Shown here in pieces: positions 1-7,652 of a stretch of 64,000 nt of DNA. Position 1 is the first letter of the stretch; each line of letters opens with the position of its first letter. Location: the NCBI GenBank assembly GCA_963792585.1, contig CAWBWI010000002.1, forward strand, positions 128,001 through 192,000, in the 5' to 3' direction. The position numbers and the translations under genes are program-made. Origin of the DNA: Candidatus Eiseniibacteriota bacterium. Lineage in GTDB: Bacteria > Eisenbacteria > RBG-16-71-46 > CAIMUX01 > VGJL01. A model generated the notes under the pieces. That model was not told where the DNA came from, made no database searches, and was given only the letters and a program-made list of their open reading frames with translations.

Positions 1-375
1 CGGCGGGAAGCCGTCGCCGTCCAACTCCTCGAAGGAGACGATGCCGATATTCACGGCATCCCGGAGGGCGCGGGCCTTCGCCCGGGTCTCGGCCATGCGG
101 ATCAGGTGCGGGACGATGAAGGAGTTGACGTTCTCGGGAGTGGCATCGCCAATCCCGTCGAACCGCCCCTTCTTCGTTTCGACCAGAGCCTTGGCGATCG
201 CTGTCCGGCCGTTTTCGTCCGTGGGGACTTGGACAAGCCGAGTCGCGATCCGTTGCAGGCCCTCGTCATGGGCCTTGGAAAGCAGCCCCTGATAGGTGAC
301 CACCTCCTTGGTGCCGACGACGCGGCCGGTGCGGTCCTTGATCTCGATCGTGCGGATGAGGCCGTTCTGGCTCAT
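1..375 (-). CDS. Rad52/Rad22-like single-strand annealing protein (partial, runs off window)
   Basis: Manual translation from ATG at 375 (RBS AGGAGG): MSQNGLIRTIEIKDRTG...VTYQGLLSKAHDEGL...AIAKALVE...FDGIGDATPENVNSFIVPHLIRMAETRAKARALRDAVNIG. The 'RMAETRA-ARALR' motif is typical of phage/MGE Rad52-like SSAPs. Not in the ORF track. Confidence 0.7.
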   Translation of the reverse strand, partial: MSQNGLIRTIEIKDRTGRVVGTKEVVTYQGLLSKAHDEGLQRIATRLVQVPTDENGRTAIAKALVETKKGRFDGIGDATPENVNSFIVPHLIRMAETRAKARALRDAVNIGIVSFEELDGDGFPP

Positions 376-633
376 GGAAACACCTCCTGTGTCGTGGGGG
401 AATTGGGAAAGGGCAGATGGATGGAGAGCGAGTCTCCGAGATTCACGGTACGGGAGGTAGGGTGTTTGATGAAGGGAGGGGGATGTGCCGTTCTGCACAC
501 ATCCTGTGGATAAATGGTAAGATGCCTCGGTTAGGGCCCAGAAGCCTAGGAGAGCATCAGATCCGCGGCAACGTCCGCTCGCCTGGTGGAGCAATCAGAC
601 GCGGTCCAGGGACTCGAGGATGGGCACCTTCTT

Positions 634-2028
634 ATGAGAGACATGCTCTTCGTCAGCCATGCGAACCCGGAAGACAACGAGGCGGCTCGGTGGTTGTCGC
701 TACAACTTGCGCGGGAAGGGTACCCGGTCTGGTGCGATCTCACTAAGTTGCTCGGTGGCGAGGACTTCTGGCGGGATGCCGAACAGGCTATCCGAGAGCG
801 TACGGCCAAATTCCTATACGTTCTTTCACGTGTATCAAACGTGAAGTCCGGACCAATCGACGAGCTGCAAGTAGCCAAGAATGTCGCCCGAGAATTGCGC
901 CTCGCTGACTTCATCGTCCCGCTCCGTTTCGATGATCTGCCTCCCCGCGATGCAAATATCAGACTGACGAACCTCAACATGGTGCCATTTCAGGCTAGTT
1001 GGATTTCCGGGCTGGCCCAGCTCCTCAAGAAGCTCGAAGAGGACGGAGTAGCGAAGGATCCGCGGTTCACACCACGGACAGTCGCAAGTTGGTGGCGGCA
1101 CTACTACCGCAGGGAGCGGGCACTGCGAGCCACAAGAGAGCAGCTCGTCTCGAACTGGTTCCAGATTTTGGATCCGGTGGCCCTGCAGTTCCACTTGCTT
1201 CGCTCAAGCGAAGAACATCACCCCTTGCAACTACCGGACGATTTGCCATACCCCGCAGTCCAATACGGTGAGTATCTTGTCTCCTTCGCAGGAGCGGGTG
1301 ATTTCAGTGATCATCTCGGACCCACACTTTCGATTATCGAATCAGAGGCAATAGAGATCAGCCGGACAACTGAGGCGGCCCGCCTTCTGAAATGGACAGG
1401 CGAACAGGAGTACAATGCCTTGGTGCGACTGCTAGATCTGACGTGGCGAAGATTCCTTTCCGGTCAGAAGCTCCCGCTCTGTTCTTTTGCGAACCACGTG
1501 GTGGCCATGTACTTCAAGGCCGGGACGGCGCGGGGCGGCCGCGTACTGCCGCCACGTCGCAACGGACGGCAAACATATCGGCAGGTGGTGGGTTTCCAAA
1601 CCGTTCGGAAGGCGACCGCCGAAACTCCAGCCAAGCTTCGACACTGGCACTTCGCTCTCGAAGCGCGGCCACTAGTTCATCCGTTCTTGGGCTACGCCAT
1701 GAAACCTCACGTCGTCTTCTCCGACGACGGCGAGGCAATCTGGGGGAACGTTGATCTCATGCACCGCGCTCGGCGCAGTCAGTGCCGGAACTGGTGGAAC
1801 GATGAATGGCGCGATCGGATTCTGGGAACGGTATCCTGGCTTGCAGGTGAAGCCGAGTTCATCAACCTGTGCGTGGGATCTGACCGGCGACTACGGTTAC
1901 GCGCGCTGCCAATGACGGTCACGTCGCCCGTTTCCTACGACAACTCTGACTTCCAGGGGCCACCCGTAGATGAGGACGAGGATGAAGCGGTCGAAGACGA
2001 CATCGAGCCAGAAGAACCACGAGCGTAG
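634..2028 (+). CDS. TIR-APAZ NADase of a SPARTA system
   Basis: N-terminal TIR (LFVSHANPED...WLSLQL...GYPVWCD; catalytic Glu in PIDELQVA). C-terminal APAZ motifs (WHFA, ARRSQCRNWWNDEWRDR). Directly upstream of a short pAgo. ATG 634 preferred as start. Confidence 0.92.
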   Translation: MRDMLFVSHANPEDNEAARWLSLQLAREGYPVWCDLTKLLGGEDFWRDAEQAIRERTAKFLYVLSRVSNVKSGPIDELQVAKNVARELRLADFIVPLRFDDLPPRDANIRLTNLNMVPFQASWISGLAQLLKKLEEDGVAKDPRFTPRTVASWWRHYYRRERALRATREQLVSNWFQILDPVALQFHLLRSSEEHHPLQLPDDLPYPAVQYGEYLVSFAGAGDFSDHLGPTLSIIESEAIEISRTTEAARLLKWTGEQEYNALVRLLDLTWRRFLSGQKLPLCSFANHVVAMYFKAGTARGGRVLPPRRNGRQTYRQVVGFQTVRKATAETPAKLRHWHFALEARPLVHPFLGYAMKPHVVFSDDGEAIWGNVDLMHRARRSQCRNWWNDEWRDRILGTVSWLAGEAEFINLCVGSDRRLRLRALPMTVTSPVSYDNSDFQGPPVDEDEDEAVEDDIEPEEPRA

Positions 2029-2080
2029 ACAGGACAATCGGGAGCGGGCCCGACGGTCCCCGAGCCACGGACGTAACGAG

Positions 2081-3592
2081 GTGATTGTCCTGTCGGAGCC
2101 GGCGATACTCTTCGGGCATGGTCAGGCTGTAGAAGACCCGCGCGACGGGTTGACCCTGTTCGGCCCGTTGGACGAAGGCGCCCCCTATGGGCTTCGCGTT
2201 GGAGTCATCGGCACTGAGCAAGGGCTCGACCTGTATCGCTCATGGGTGGGCCGTATTCAGGGACCGCTTGCCAACAAGGCCGGATCTGTCTTCTCCGATC
2301 CGCCATTCCCCGGGTTTGAGTCCGTATTCCGCATTCCATGGTCACCAACGCCGACCCTGGCCGTGACTCTCGATGCCGGCGAGCTCGACCGGATCGTCCA
2401 TTTCGGCGATGCGCACCAGCGGGTCTTTAGCACGGTCAGCCTGTTTGCCGACCGCATTGCGAGGGCGGCCCGCACCGAGGACACGCCGGTCGACTTCTGG
2501 TTTGTCGTCATCCCTAACGTCGTCTACGATAATTGCCGGCCTAGATCGGTAGTTCCCTTTGCGGTGCGGACGCAGGATGAGGCGGTTCCCTATATCCGTG
2601 CGCAGCAAGCCAAGGGCCTTCTGAAGCAGCCATCCCTATTCCCCCAAGACCATGAGGCGGCGGCACCTTACTACTACGAGGTGGATTTCCACAACCAGTT
2701 GAAGGCCAGGTTGTTGCCGCATCTTGCGCCGACACAGATCGTCAAAGAAAGCACGCTTTCATTCCCGCCGCCCGAAATCCGTCTCCCGCTGAGCAGAGAC
2801 AAGCGCCGACTTCAAGCGGCTGTCGCCTGGAGCCTCACATCGGCCGCGTTCTATAAAGCCGGCGGTCGCCCGTGGAAGATCGCGAGCATCCGCGATGGCG
2901 TGTGTTACATCGGTTTGGTATTCAAGCAGGATATTACGCAGGCGGATCCGCGGATGGCATGTTGCGCGGCTCAGATGTTTCTTGATTCCGGCGATGGTGT
3001 CGTCTTCCGAGGCGCAGTTGGCCCATGGCTTGTCCCGGACCGACAGGTGTTTCATCTCAGTCGCTCTGCTGCCCGCGAACTGGTTACCATGGCAGTGTCC
3101 GCCTACAAGGACAAGGTTGGCCGGCCGCCAAGTGAACTCTTCATTCACGGCAAGGCGTTCTTTGAAGATGATGAATGGGGCGGCTTCCAGGAAAGCGTCG
3201 ATCCGTCGGTAACTAACCTCGTCGGCGTCCGTATTCGGGAGGAGCGCGACTTGCGGCTGTACCGGCCGGGCACGCACCCGGTCCTCCGTGGTACTGCGTA
3301 CACGCGCAATCGGCATTCGGCATATCTCTGGACCAGGGGATTTGCTCCCCAGCTTCGGACATATGTTGGCCGCGAGGTCCCGAGACCGCTGCGGATCGAT
3401 GTTTTGCGAGGGGAGGTCGAACTCCCCATCGTCCTCGCCGACATTCTTGCGCTCACGAAGCTGAACTTCAATACGTGCATCTTCGCGGATGGCATACCGG
3501 TCACACTAAGATTCGCAGACGCCGTTGGAGAGATTCTCACTGCGGGGCCCGTAGGTCAGAAAAACCCGCTGGCGTTCAAGTACTACATTTGA
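2081..3592 (+). CDS. Short prokaryotic Argonaute (MID-PIWI), SPARTA
   Basis: EPAILFGHGQ..EDPRDGLTLFGP, FHNQLKARLL, YKAGGRPWK, CCAAQMFLDSGDG, LTKLNFN, FKYYI C-terminus. Start uncertain (GTG 2081; ORF is open from 1970). Confidence 0.93.
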   Translation: MIVLSEPAILFGHGQAVEDPRDGLTLFGPLDEGAPYGLRVGVIGTEQGLDLYRSWVGRIQGPLANKAGSVFSDPPFPGFESVFRIPWSPTPTLAVTLDAGELDRIVHFGDAHQRVFSTVSLFADRIARAARTEDTPVDFWFVVIPNVVYDNCRPRSVVPFAVRTQDEAVPYIRAQQAKGLLKQPSLFPQDHEAAAPYYYEVDFHNQLKARLLPHLAPTQIVKESTLSFPPPEIRLPLSRDKRRLQAAVAWSLTSAAFYKAGGRPWKIASIRDGVCYIGLVFKQDITQADPRMACCAAQMFLDSGDGVVFRGAVGPWLVPDRQVFHLSRSAARELVTMAVSAYKDKVGRPPSELFIHGKAFFEDDEWGGFQESVDPSVTNLVGVRIREERDLRLYRPGTHPVLRGTAYTRNRHSAYLWTRGFAPQLRTYVGREVPRPLRIDVLRGEVELPIVLADILALTKLNFNTCIFADGIPVTLRFADAVGEILTAGPVGQKNPLAFKYYI

Positions 3593-3599
3593 TCTCAGA

Positions 3600-3842
3600 T
3601 CACCCTTCCTCTGCGCCAATGGGTTCAGGACGTGATTGCCTTCGGACAGCGATGGCAACCGCCAGCGCATCGAACATGCGGAGCCAGTACTTGTTCCTCG
3701 GCTTGAACCCGAGCGCCGGATGCAGCGTTTCCTTCGGCAGCTTCGCCGGCAAGGACTCGAACCCCATCGCCACGATTGCCTGGGCGACGCGGTGTTTCGC
3801 TCGGGGAACGGGGGCCACGATCGTCGACGCGGTATGTTTCAA
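3600..3842 (-). pseudogene. C-terminal remnant of a RuvC-like nuclease (paralog of 4549-5055)
   Basis: KLPKETLHPALGFKPRNKYWLRMFDALAVAIAVR aligns with KLPEEPPHPFLGYKPKDKYWLHMFDALAVALAVR. The N-terminal DPG motif is absent. Confidence 0.8.
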
Positions 3843-4090
3843 CCCGGCGCTCTTGTCGTGACGGGCGCACCTCCGCTAGCGTTCAGGCGAGCCCTCGGGG
3901 GAACTCGAGCAAGCCACTGGCGTATAGCAGATCGAGACGTCTGAAGGCCTCGCCCCGAACCGCCGCGGGATCGACTCTCGAAACCGTGACCTTCCACGTT
4001 TCCGGTCGAATGAGGTACGTAATGAAGCGTGGCTTCGCCCGGATCGTTCCTCTTCGTGAGACCAGGCCGCCATCCGCCGGAATCGGGAGC

Positions 4091-4510
4091 ATGCTGCCTC
4101 AGGGCCTTCCCGTCCTGGTCATGGTCCTCTGCGCCTGCGGATCCAGTCCGCGTCCACGGTCCGTCCCACCCTACCCCGAGAGCCTGACGGGGGAGGCCCA
4201 GACGACCTATGTGAGCTACATCACGGCCGTGCAGGCCGGGCGGGAGCCGGTGGACGACTTCACGATCCCGCCCCGGTATTGGACAGAGGCCGTCCGGGCG
4301 CTGCACCCACTCAGGGTCTACGTGCACGAGACTAACGTAGCCGTCGTCCAGAAGATGGTCGGGGACGTGGAGCATGGGATCTATATCTCAGTCCCGGTGT
4401 CGTCCTACCTGCCCCGATCGGGCGACGACGGATTCGAGTTCACTCCTGATCCCCGGACCGCCCGGCGGGTCACCGGTATCTACGAGTTCCGGAGGACGAA
4501 GACCCGATAG
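4091..4510 (+). CDS. Hypothetical lipoprotein
   Basis: ATG after GGGAG, hydrophobic stretch and lipobox-like VLCAC. Confidence 0.55.
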   Translation: MLPQGLPVLVMVLCACGSSPRPRSVPPYPESLTGEAQTTYVSYITAVQAGREPVDDFTIPPRYWTEAVRALHPLRVYVHETNVAVVQKMVGDVEHGIYISVPVSSYLPRSGDDGFEFTPDPRTARRVTGIYEFRRTKTR

Positions 4511-4548
4511 TCCCCACTTGGCCGGCGATGACGTGCCTCCGGAACCGG

Positions 4549-5055
4549 TCAGTGATTCCGGACCGCCAGCGCCACCGCCAGCGCATCGAACATGTGGAGC
4601 CAATACTTGTCCTTGGGCTTATAGCCAAGGAAGGGGTGAGGCGGTTCCTCCGGGAGCTTCACAGCTAGGGCCGGAAACAGTTTGATGAGCGCCAGTGCGA
4701 CATCGAGCTTCTTGGCGTGCTGATTGCCAACGACGATCCGACGGACCTCCCGGGGTGAGATCTCAACGACCCTCAGCCCGACCTCCCGAGAACGGGCATG
4801 GAGTTCCTGCGCGATGACCGAGACAAGCGCGGCGCGTTGGGTGGGGAACAGTAGGGGTTTCTCGATCGCCACGATCGATGGTGCGTAGTCCTCAACGTAT
4901 CCAAGCACGACCCGGCGAGCCTGCCCGATCACGTCATTCGGCCGCTCGCCGTTCTTCAGCGTCTTGACACCGAAGGCGAGAAGCGTGGCGCCCTGAATGA
5001 CGGCGATGCCCATCTCCTTGGTGCCGGGATCAATACCCAAGATGATCTCCTCCAT
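4549..5055 (-). CDS. RuvC-like (RNase H fold) nuclease/resolvase, copy 2
   Basis: ILGIDPGTKEMGIAVI, IAIEKP, ISPREVR, AKKLDV, HMFDALAVA. Confidence 0.85.
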   Translation of the reverse strand: MEEIILGIDPGTKEMGIAVIQGATLLAFGVKTLKNGERPNDVIGQARRVVLGYVEDYAPSIVAIEKPLLFPTQRAALVSVIAQELHARSREVGLRVVEISPREVRRIVVGNQHAKKLDVALALIKLFPALAVKLPEEPPHPFLGYKPKDKYWLHMFDALAVALAVRNH

Positions 5056-5099
5056 GATGTTTGTGGGTGTGTTACGGATGTAAGCGCGTGCGAGGTGGT

Positions 5100-5227
5100 G
5101 CCCTCCCGATGAAGACCGCGACGGTGCGGGCTCCGTCTTGCTCGGGATTCCCGCGGTTGTCCGCGGCGGCGGTCCGCAAGATGAAGGCCGCCTGACGACT
5201 CAGCCGAAGAATCGGCTGCGGGAGGGC
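5100..5227 (-). other. Highly structured intergenic element between the two RuvC-like genes (candidate ncRNA or ssDNA structure)
   Basis: 9-bp closing stem (5100-5108/5219-5227), three internal hairpins and a 12-nt direct repeat GATGAAGRCCGC. Confidence 0.45.
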
Positions 5228-5236
5228 GGGTGATGC

Positions 5237-5737
5237 TCAGGCCGATTGGGCCTGATGGTGAAGGGCCAAGGCGACAGCATCAAACATGTTCTGGAAGTAG
5301 GCTTCCTTCCAGCGCCGGTCCTGCGTGAGATAGACCCGCAGGGCGGGCAGGCGCCAAGCGACCGCCTCGGCTGTCTGGCGTTTGTTGGCCCAGCCATGGC
5401 CAACGATGGACTTCCGGACGGTCTGGGGTGCGTAGCTGGCGACCGAGACGCCTTTGAGCATCGCCAGCCTTCGGATCCGCCGGGCCAGTTGCTCAAGCCG
5501 GTTGAGCGAGCTGATCCCGTTCCGATGCGTCGCCTCAATCACCACGACCGCGGGACGAAAGTGACCGATCCAGCCGTTGACCGCCTGGACGGCGGCCGGA
5601 AAGCGACGGCGAGGCGGAAGGAACCGAAGGGGATAGACCCCGGACTCGATCAGACTCCGGCCGCGAACAATGGCATACCCGAGATCCCGGAGACCGGGAT
5701 CAAGGGCGAGGATTGTCTTCACTGTGGCTTTGGGCAT
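5237..5737 (-). CDS. RuvC-like nuclease/resolvase, copy 1
   Basis: ILALDPGLRDLGYAIV, VVIEAT, YAPQTVRK, ANKRQT, NMFDAVALA. Start ATG 5737. Confidence 0.85.
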   Translation of the reverse strand: MPKATVKTILALDPGLRDLGYAIVRGRSLIESGVYPLRFLPPRRRFPAAVQAVNGWIGHFRPAVVVIEATHRNGISSLNRLEQLARRIRRLAMLKGVSVASYAPQTVRKSIVGHGWANKRQTAEAVAWRLPALRVYLTQDRRWKEAYFQNMFDAVALALHHQAQSA

Positions 5738-6254
5738 GGCGTTTGAGAAGGTAAAGAAATAAGGCGGTGCGCGATCGGCGGATCTCTCCAGCCGGGACGG
5801 CGAGGGTGCCGGCCAGCGCGCGTTTGATGGTCTCATCATCATGGGCCTCGAGCGCCGATTCAAGTGACGCCCGGTTGCCGGCCTCTCCTAGCGCCCGTTC
5901 GAGCTTTCCGGCCGTGAAGAACCGCTTGGGAGCCGGCGGGGATTCCGCCTGAACCGGCGCTTCGGGAAGATGCCGGATCGTCACGCGGAGGGCTTGCCCG
6001 GACCGCTCCAGGCTCACGTACCGTCGTGTTCGCAGATGCCCGAGCCAGCTTCGAACGGTTTCGGCAGGAACCCCCATGGCGGAAGCGATCTCCGCCGGGT
6101 CCAGGTCCAGCGCGTTCTGTTTGGCGGGCAGTCGGGCCAAGAGGCCTAGGTAGAGCCAGACGGCGGAGTGCATGCGGTGGATGTGGAGCGCCTGGGGATG
6201 CTCCAGGAGTCCGCGGTCGAATCGGATCGTGATCGGCATGGCTTGACGGGTCAT
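5700..6254 (-). CDS. wHTH Rep/replisome-organiser-like protein, paralog B
   Basis: AVWLYLGLL...EIASAMGVPAETVRSWLGHL HTH. C-terminal IRRSRTALFLYLL is shared with the upstream gene. ATGA coupling. Confidence 0.6.
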   Translation of the reverse strand: MTRQAMPITIRFDRGLLEHPQALHIHRMHSAVWLYLGLLARLPAKQNALDLDPAEIASAMGVPAETVRSWLGHLRTRRYVSLERSGQALRVTIRHLPEAPVQAESPPAPKRFFTAGKLERALGEAGNRASLESALEAHDDETIKRALAGTLAVPAGEIRRSRTALFLYLLKRHAQSHSEDNPRP

Positions 6255-6865
6255 CGGTCGGTCTTGTCGTTAGCGATGAGATAGCGGAACAGGGCGAGGC
6301 GGGACTTGCGAATCCGGTCCGCTGGCGTGCGCCGCACCCGCTCCAGCACGCGGGCGACATGCGCAGCGGTATGCCGCGACAGGATCGTCGGCAGCTCGGC
6401 CACGATCGCGGGCCCGACTGCCTCCAGGGCAAGCTTGCGAAGCGCCCCTTCCCCCGCACCCCCATCCCCGATAGCTATAGCCTGATTGCCTAATAGCTTA
6501 TTGCTCTGATAGCTATAGCTATCTTCCATATGTGCCTTCGGAAAAGCCTCGGAATGGCTCGGATTCTCGCGCTCGGACGGGCTTTCGCCAGACCACGAAA
6601 CGAGGCGGGCGACAAGGTACGGCAGCGGCGAAAGCACGCGGACCAGCCCGGCGGCGACCAGGCGAGAAATCCATCGGTCAATGCGATCTTCCGTCACCTC
6701 GAGTTCACCGGCGAGGCGCACCCGAGTCGCGACCACTGTGCCTTTGGGTCCGGCGCGGCCAATCAAAACCACGTACAGGAACAGACCGTTTCCGATTGAG
6801 TCAACCGAGTGGGGTACACGAATCGCCGCGTCAAGGGCGTGGGTTGGAATACGCCGTCCGGTCAC
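6251..6865 (-). CDS. wHTH Rep/replisome-organiser-like protein, paralog A
   Basis: GLFLYVVLI...RLAGELEVTEDRIDRWISRL HTH, linker encoded by AT-rich repeats, C-terminal IRKSRLALFRYLI. Confidence 0.6.
   Translation of the reverse strand: MTGRRIPTHALDAAIRVPHSVDSIGNGLFLYVVLIGRAGPKGTVVATRVRLAGELEVTEDRIDRWISRLVAAGLVRVLSPLPYLVARLVSWSGESPSERENPSHSEAFPKAHMEDSYSYQSNKLLGNQAIAIGDGGAGEGALRKLALEAVGPAIVAELPTILSRHTAAHVARVLERVRRTPADRIRKSRLALFRYLIANDKTDR
6470..6523. repeat. AT-rich repeats/palindrome inside the Rep-like gene (candidate origin)
   Basis: GATAGCTATAGC at 6470 and 6508. 6508-6523 is a perfect 16-bp palindrome. Confidence 0.55.
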
Positions 6866-7137
6866 TGAGGGTCGGGGTTAGGATCATCATCGTGCTTCGG
6901 GAAGTAGAGCGCGGCATACAGGGACTCGGCCAGAGTGCCGAGTGCGCGAGCCAGGCGGAACACGTCCGGCAGGCTGGGGAGCTTCTGCCCGCGCTCCCAC
7001 GTCCCCACGACCTTGCGACCCCTCCCTATGACCCCTGCCAGCGCGGCTTGATTCAGGCCGGCCCGGAGTCTGTATTCGCGGATGCGGTTCGGAAACCGGA
7101 TCTTGCCGCGGGATCTTCGAAGCGTGAACTGGAGCAT
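6862..7137 (-). CDS. XRE-family HTH regulator
   Basis: NRIREYRLRAGLNQAALAGVIG...VGTWERGQKLPSL. Confidence 0.85.
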   Translation of the reverse strand: MLQFTLRRSRGKIRFPNRIREYRLRAGLNQAALAGVIGRGRKVVGTWERGQKLPSLPDVFRLARALGTLAESLYAALYFPKHDDDPNPDPQ

Positions 7138-7347
7138 GAGTTCAGAATACCGACGCGGAGAACCGCAGAAAAGAGGGGGCGATGTGCACAAATTGGCACT
7201 TCTTGTGGAAAACGATCGCGTGTGGGCCGGTTCGATGCGGACCTTAGCGCAGTTGGTCAGCGGCGGACGTATTTGTTCCCATGAGTTCCTCAATCGGAGC
7301 CATCATCCCCCCTGTGACGGCGCGGGTCACTGTGGCACGATGGAAGC

Positions 7348-7554
7348 ATGCCTCTTCAAAGCGACCCGCAATCAGCCGGGGAAACAACATCCGGACCAGT
7401 GTTGACCGCCCAGGACATCCGCGAATTCCAGGACATCGTGGAATCCGAAACCGGCGTGCGCCTGGAGGACGCGGCGGCGTGGTCGAGCGCAACCGAACTG
7501 ATCGCGCTGTGTCGCATGCTCCTGGGCCGGATCCCGGAAGATCCCGAATCCTAG
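7348..7554 (+). CDS. Small protein upstream of the serine recombinase (possible directionality factor)
   Basis: LTAQDIREFQDIVESETGVRL..AAW..ATELIAL resembles small ORFs I associate with this recombinase type. Function inferred from position only. Confidence 0.55.
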   Translation: MPLQSDPQSAGETTSGPVLTAQDIREFQDIVESETGVRLEDAAAWSSATELIALCRMLLGRIPEDPES

Positions 7555-7652
7555 CGATGTTTCGCGAGTTCGAACGTCGTCCCGACTTGTGCGTTTTCCG
7601 ATTTAACGGGACAATGACTTCCGCCTTTTCAACTTCTCTGTTTCAACGTCCC

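Noticed and set aside
5192..5230. Hammerhead ribozyme (CTGACGA followed by a stem)
   Set aside because: No GAAA after the stem and no consistent stems I/III.
4549..5737. TnpB/Cas12/IscB-type effectors
   Set aside because: Proteins are only ~167 aa, with an unsplit RuvC fold and no zinc finger, HNH or CRISPR array.
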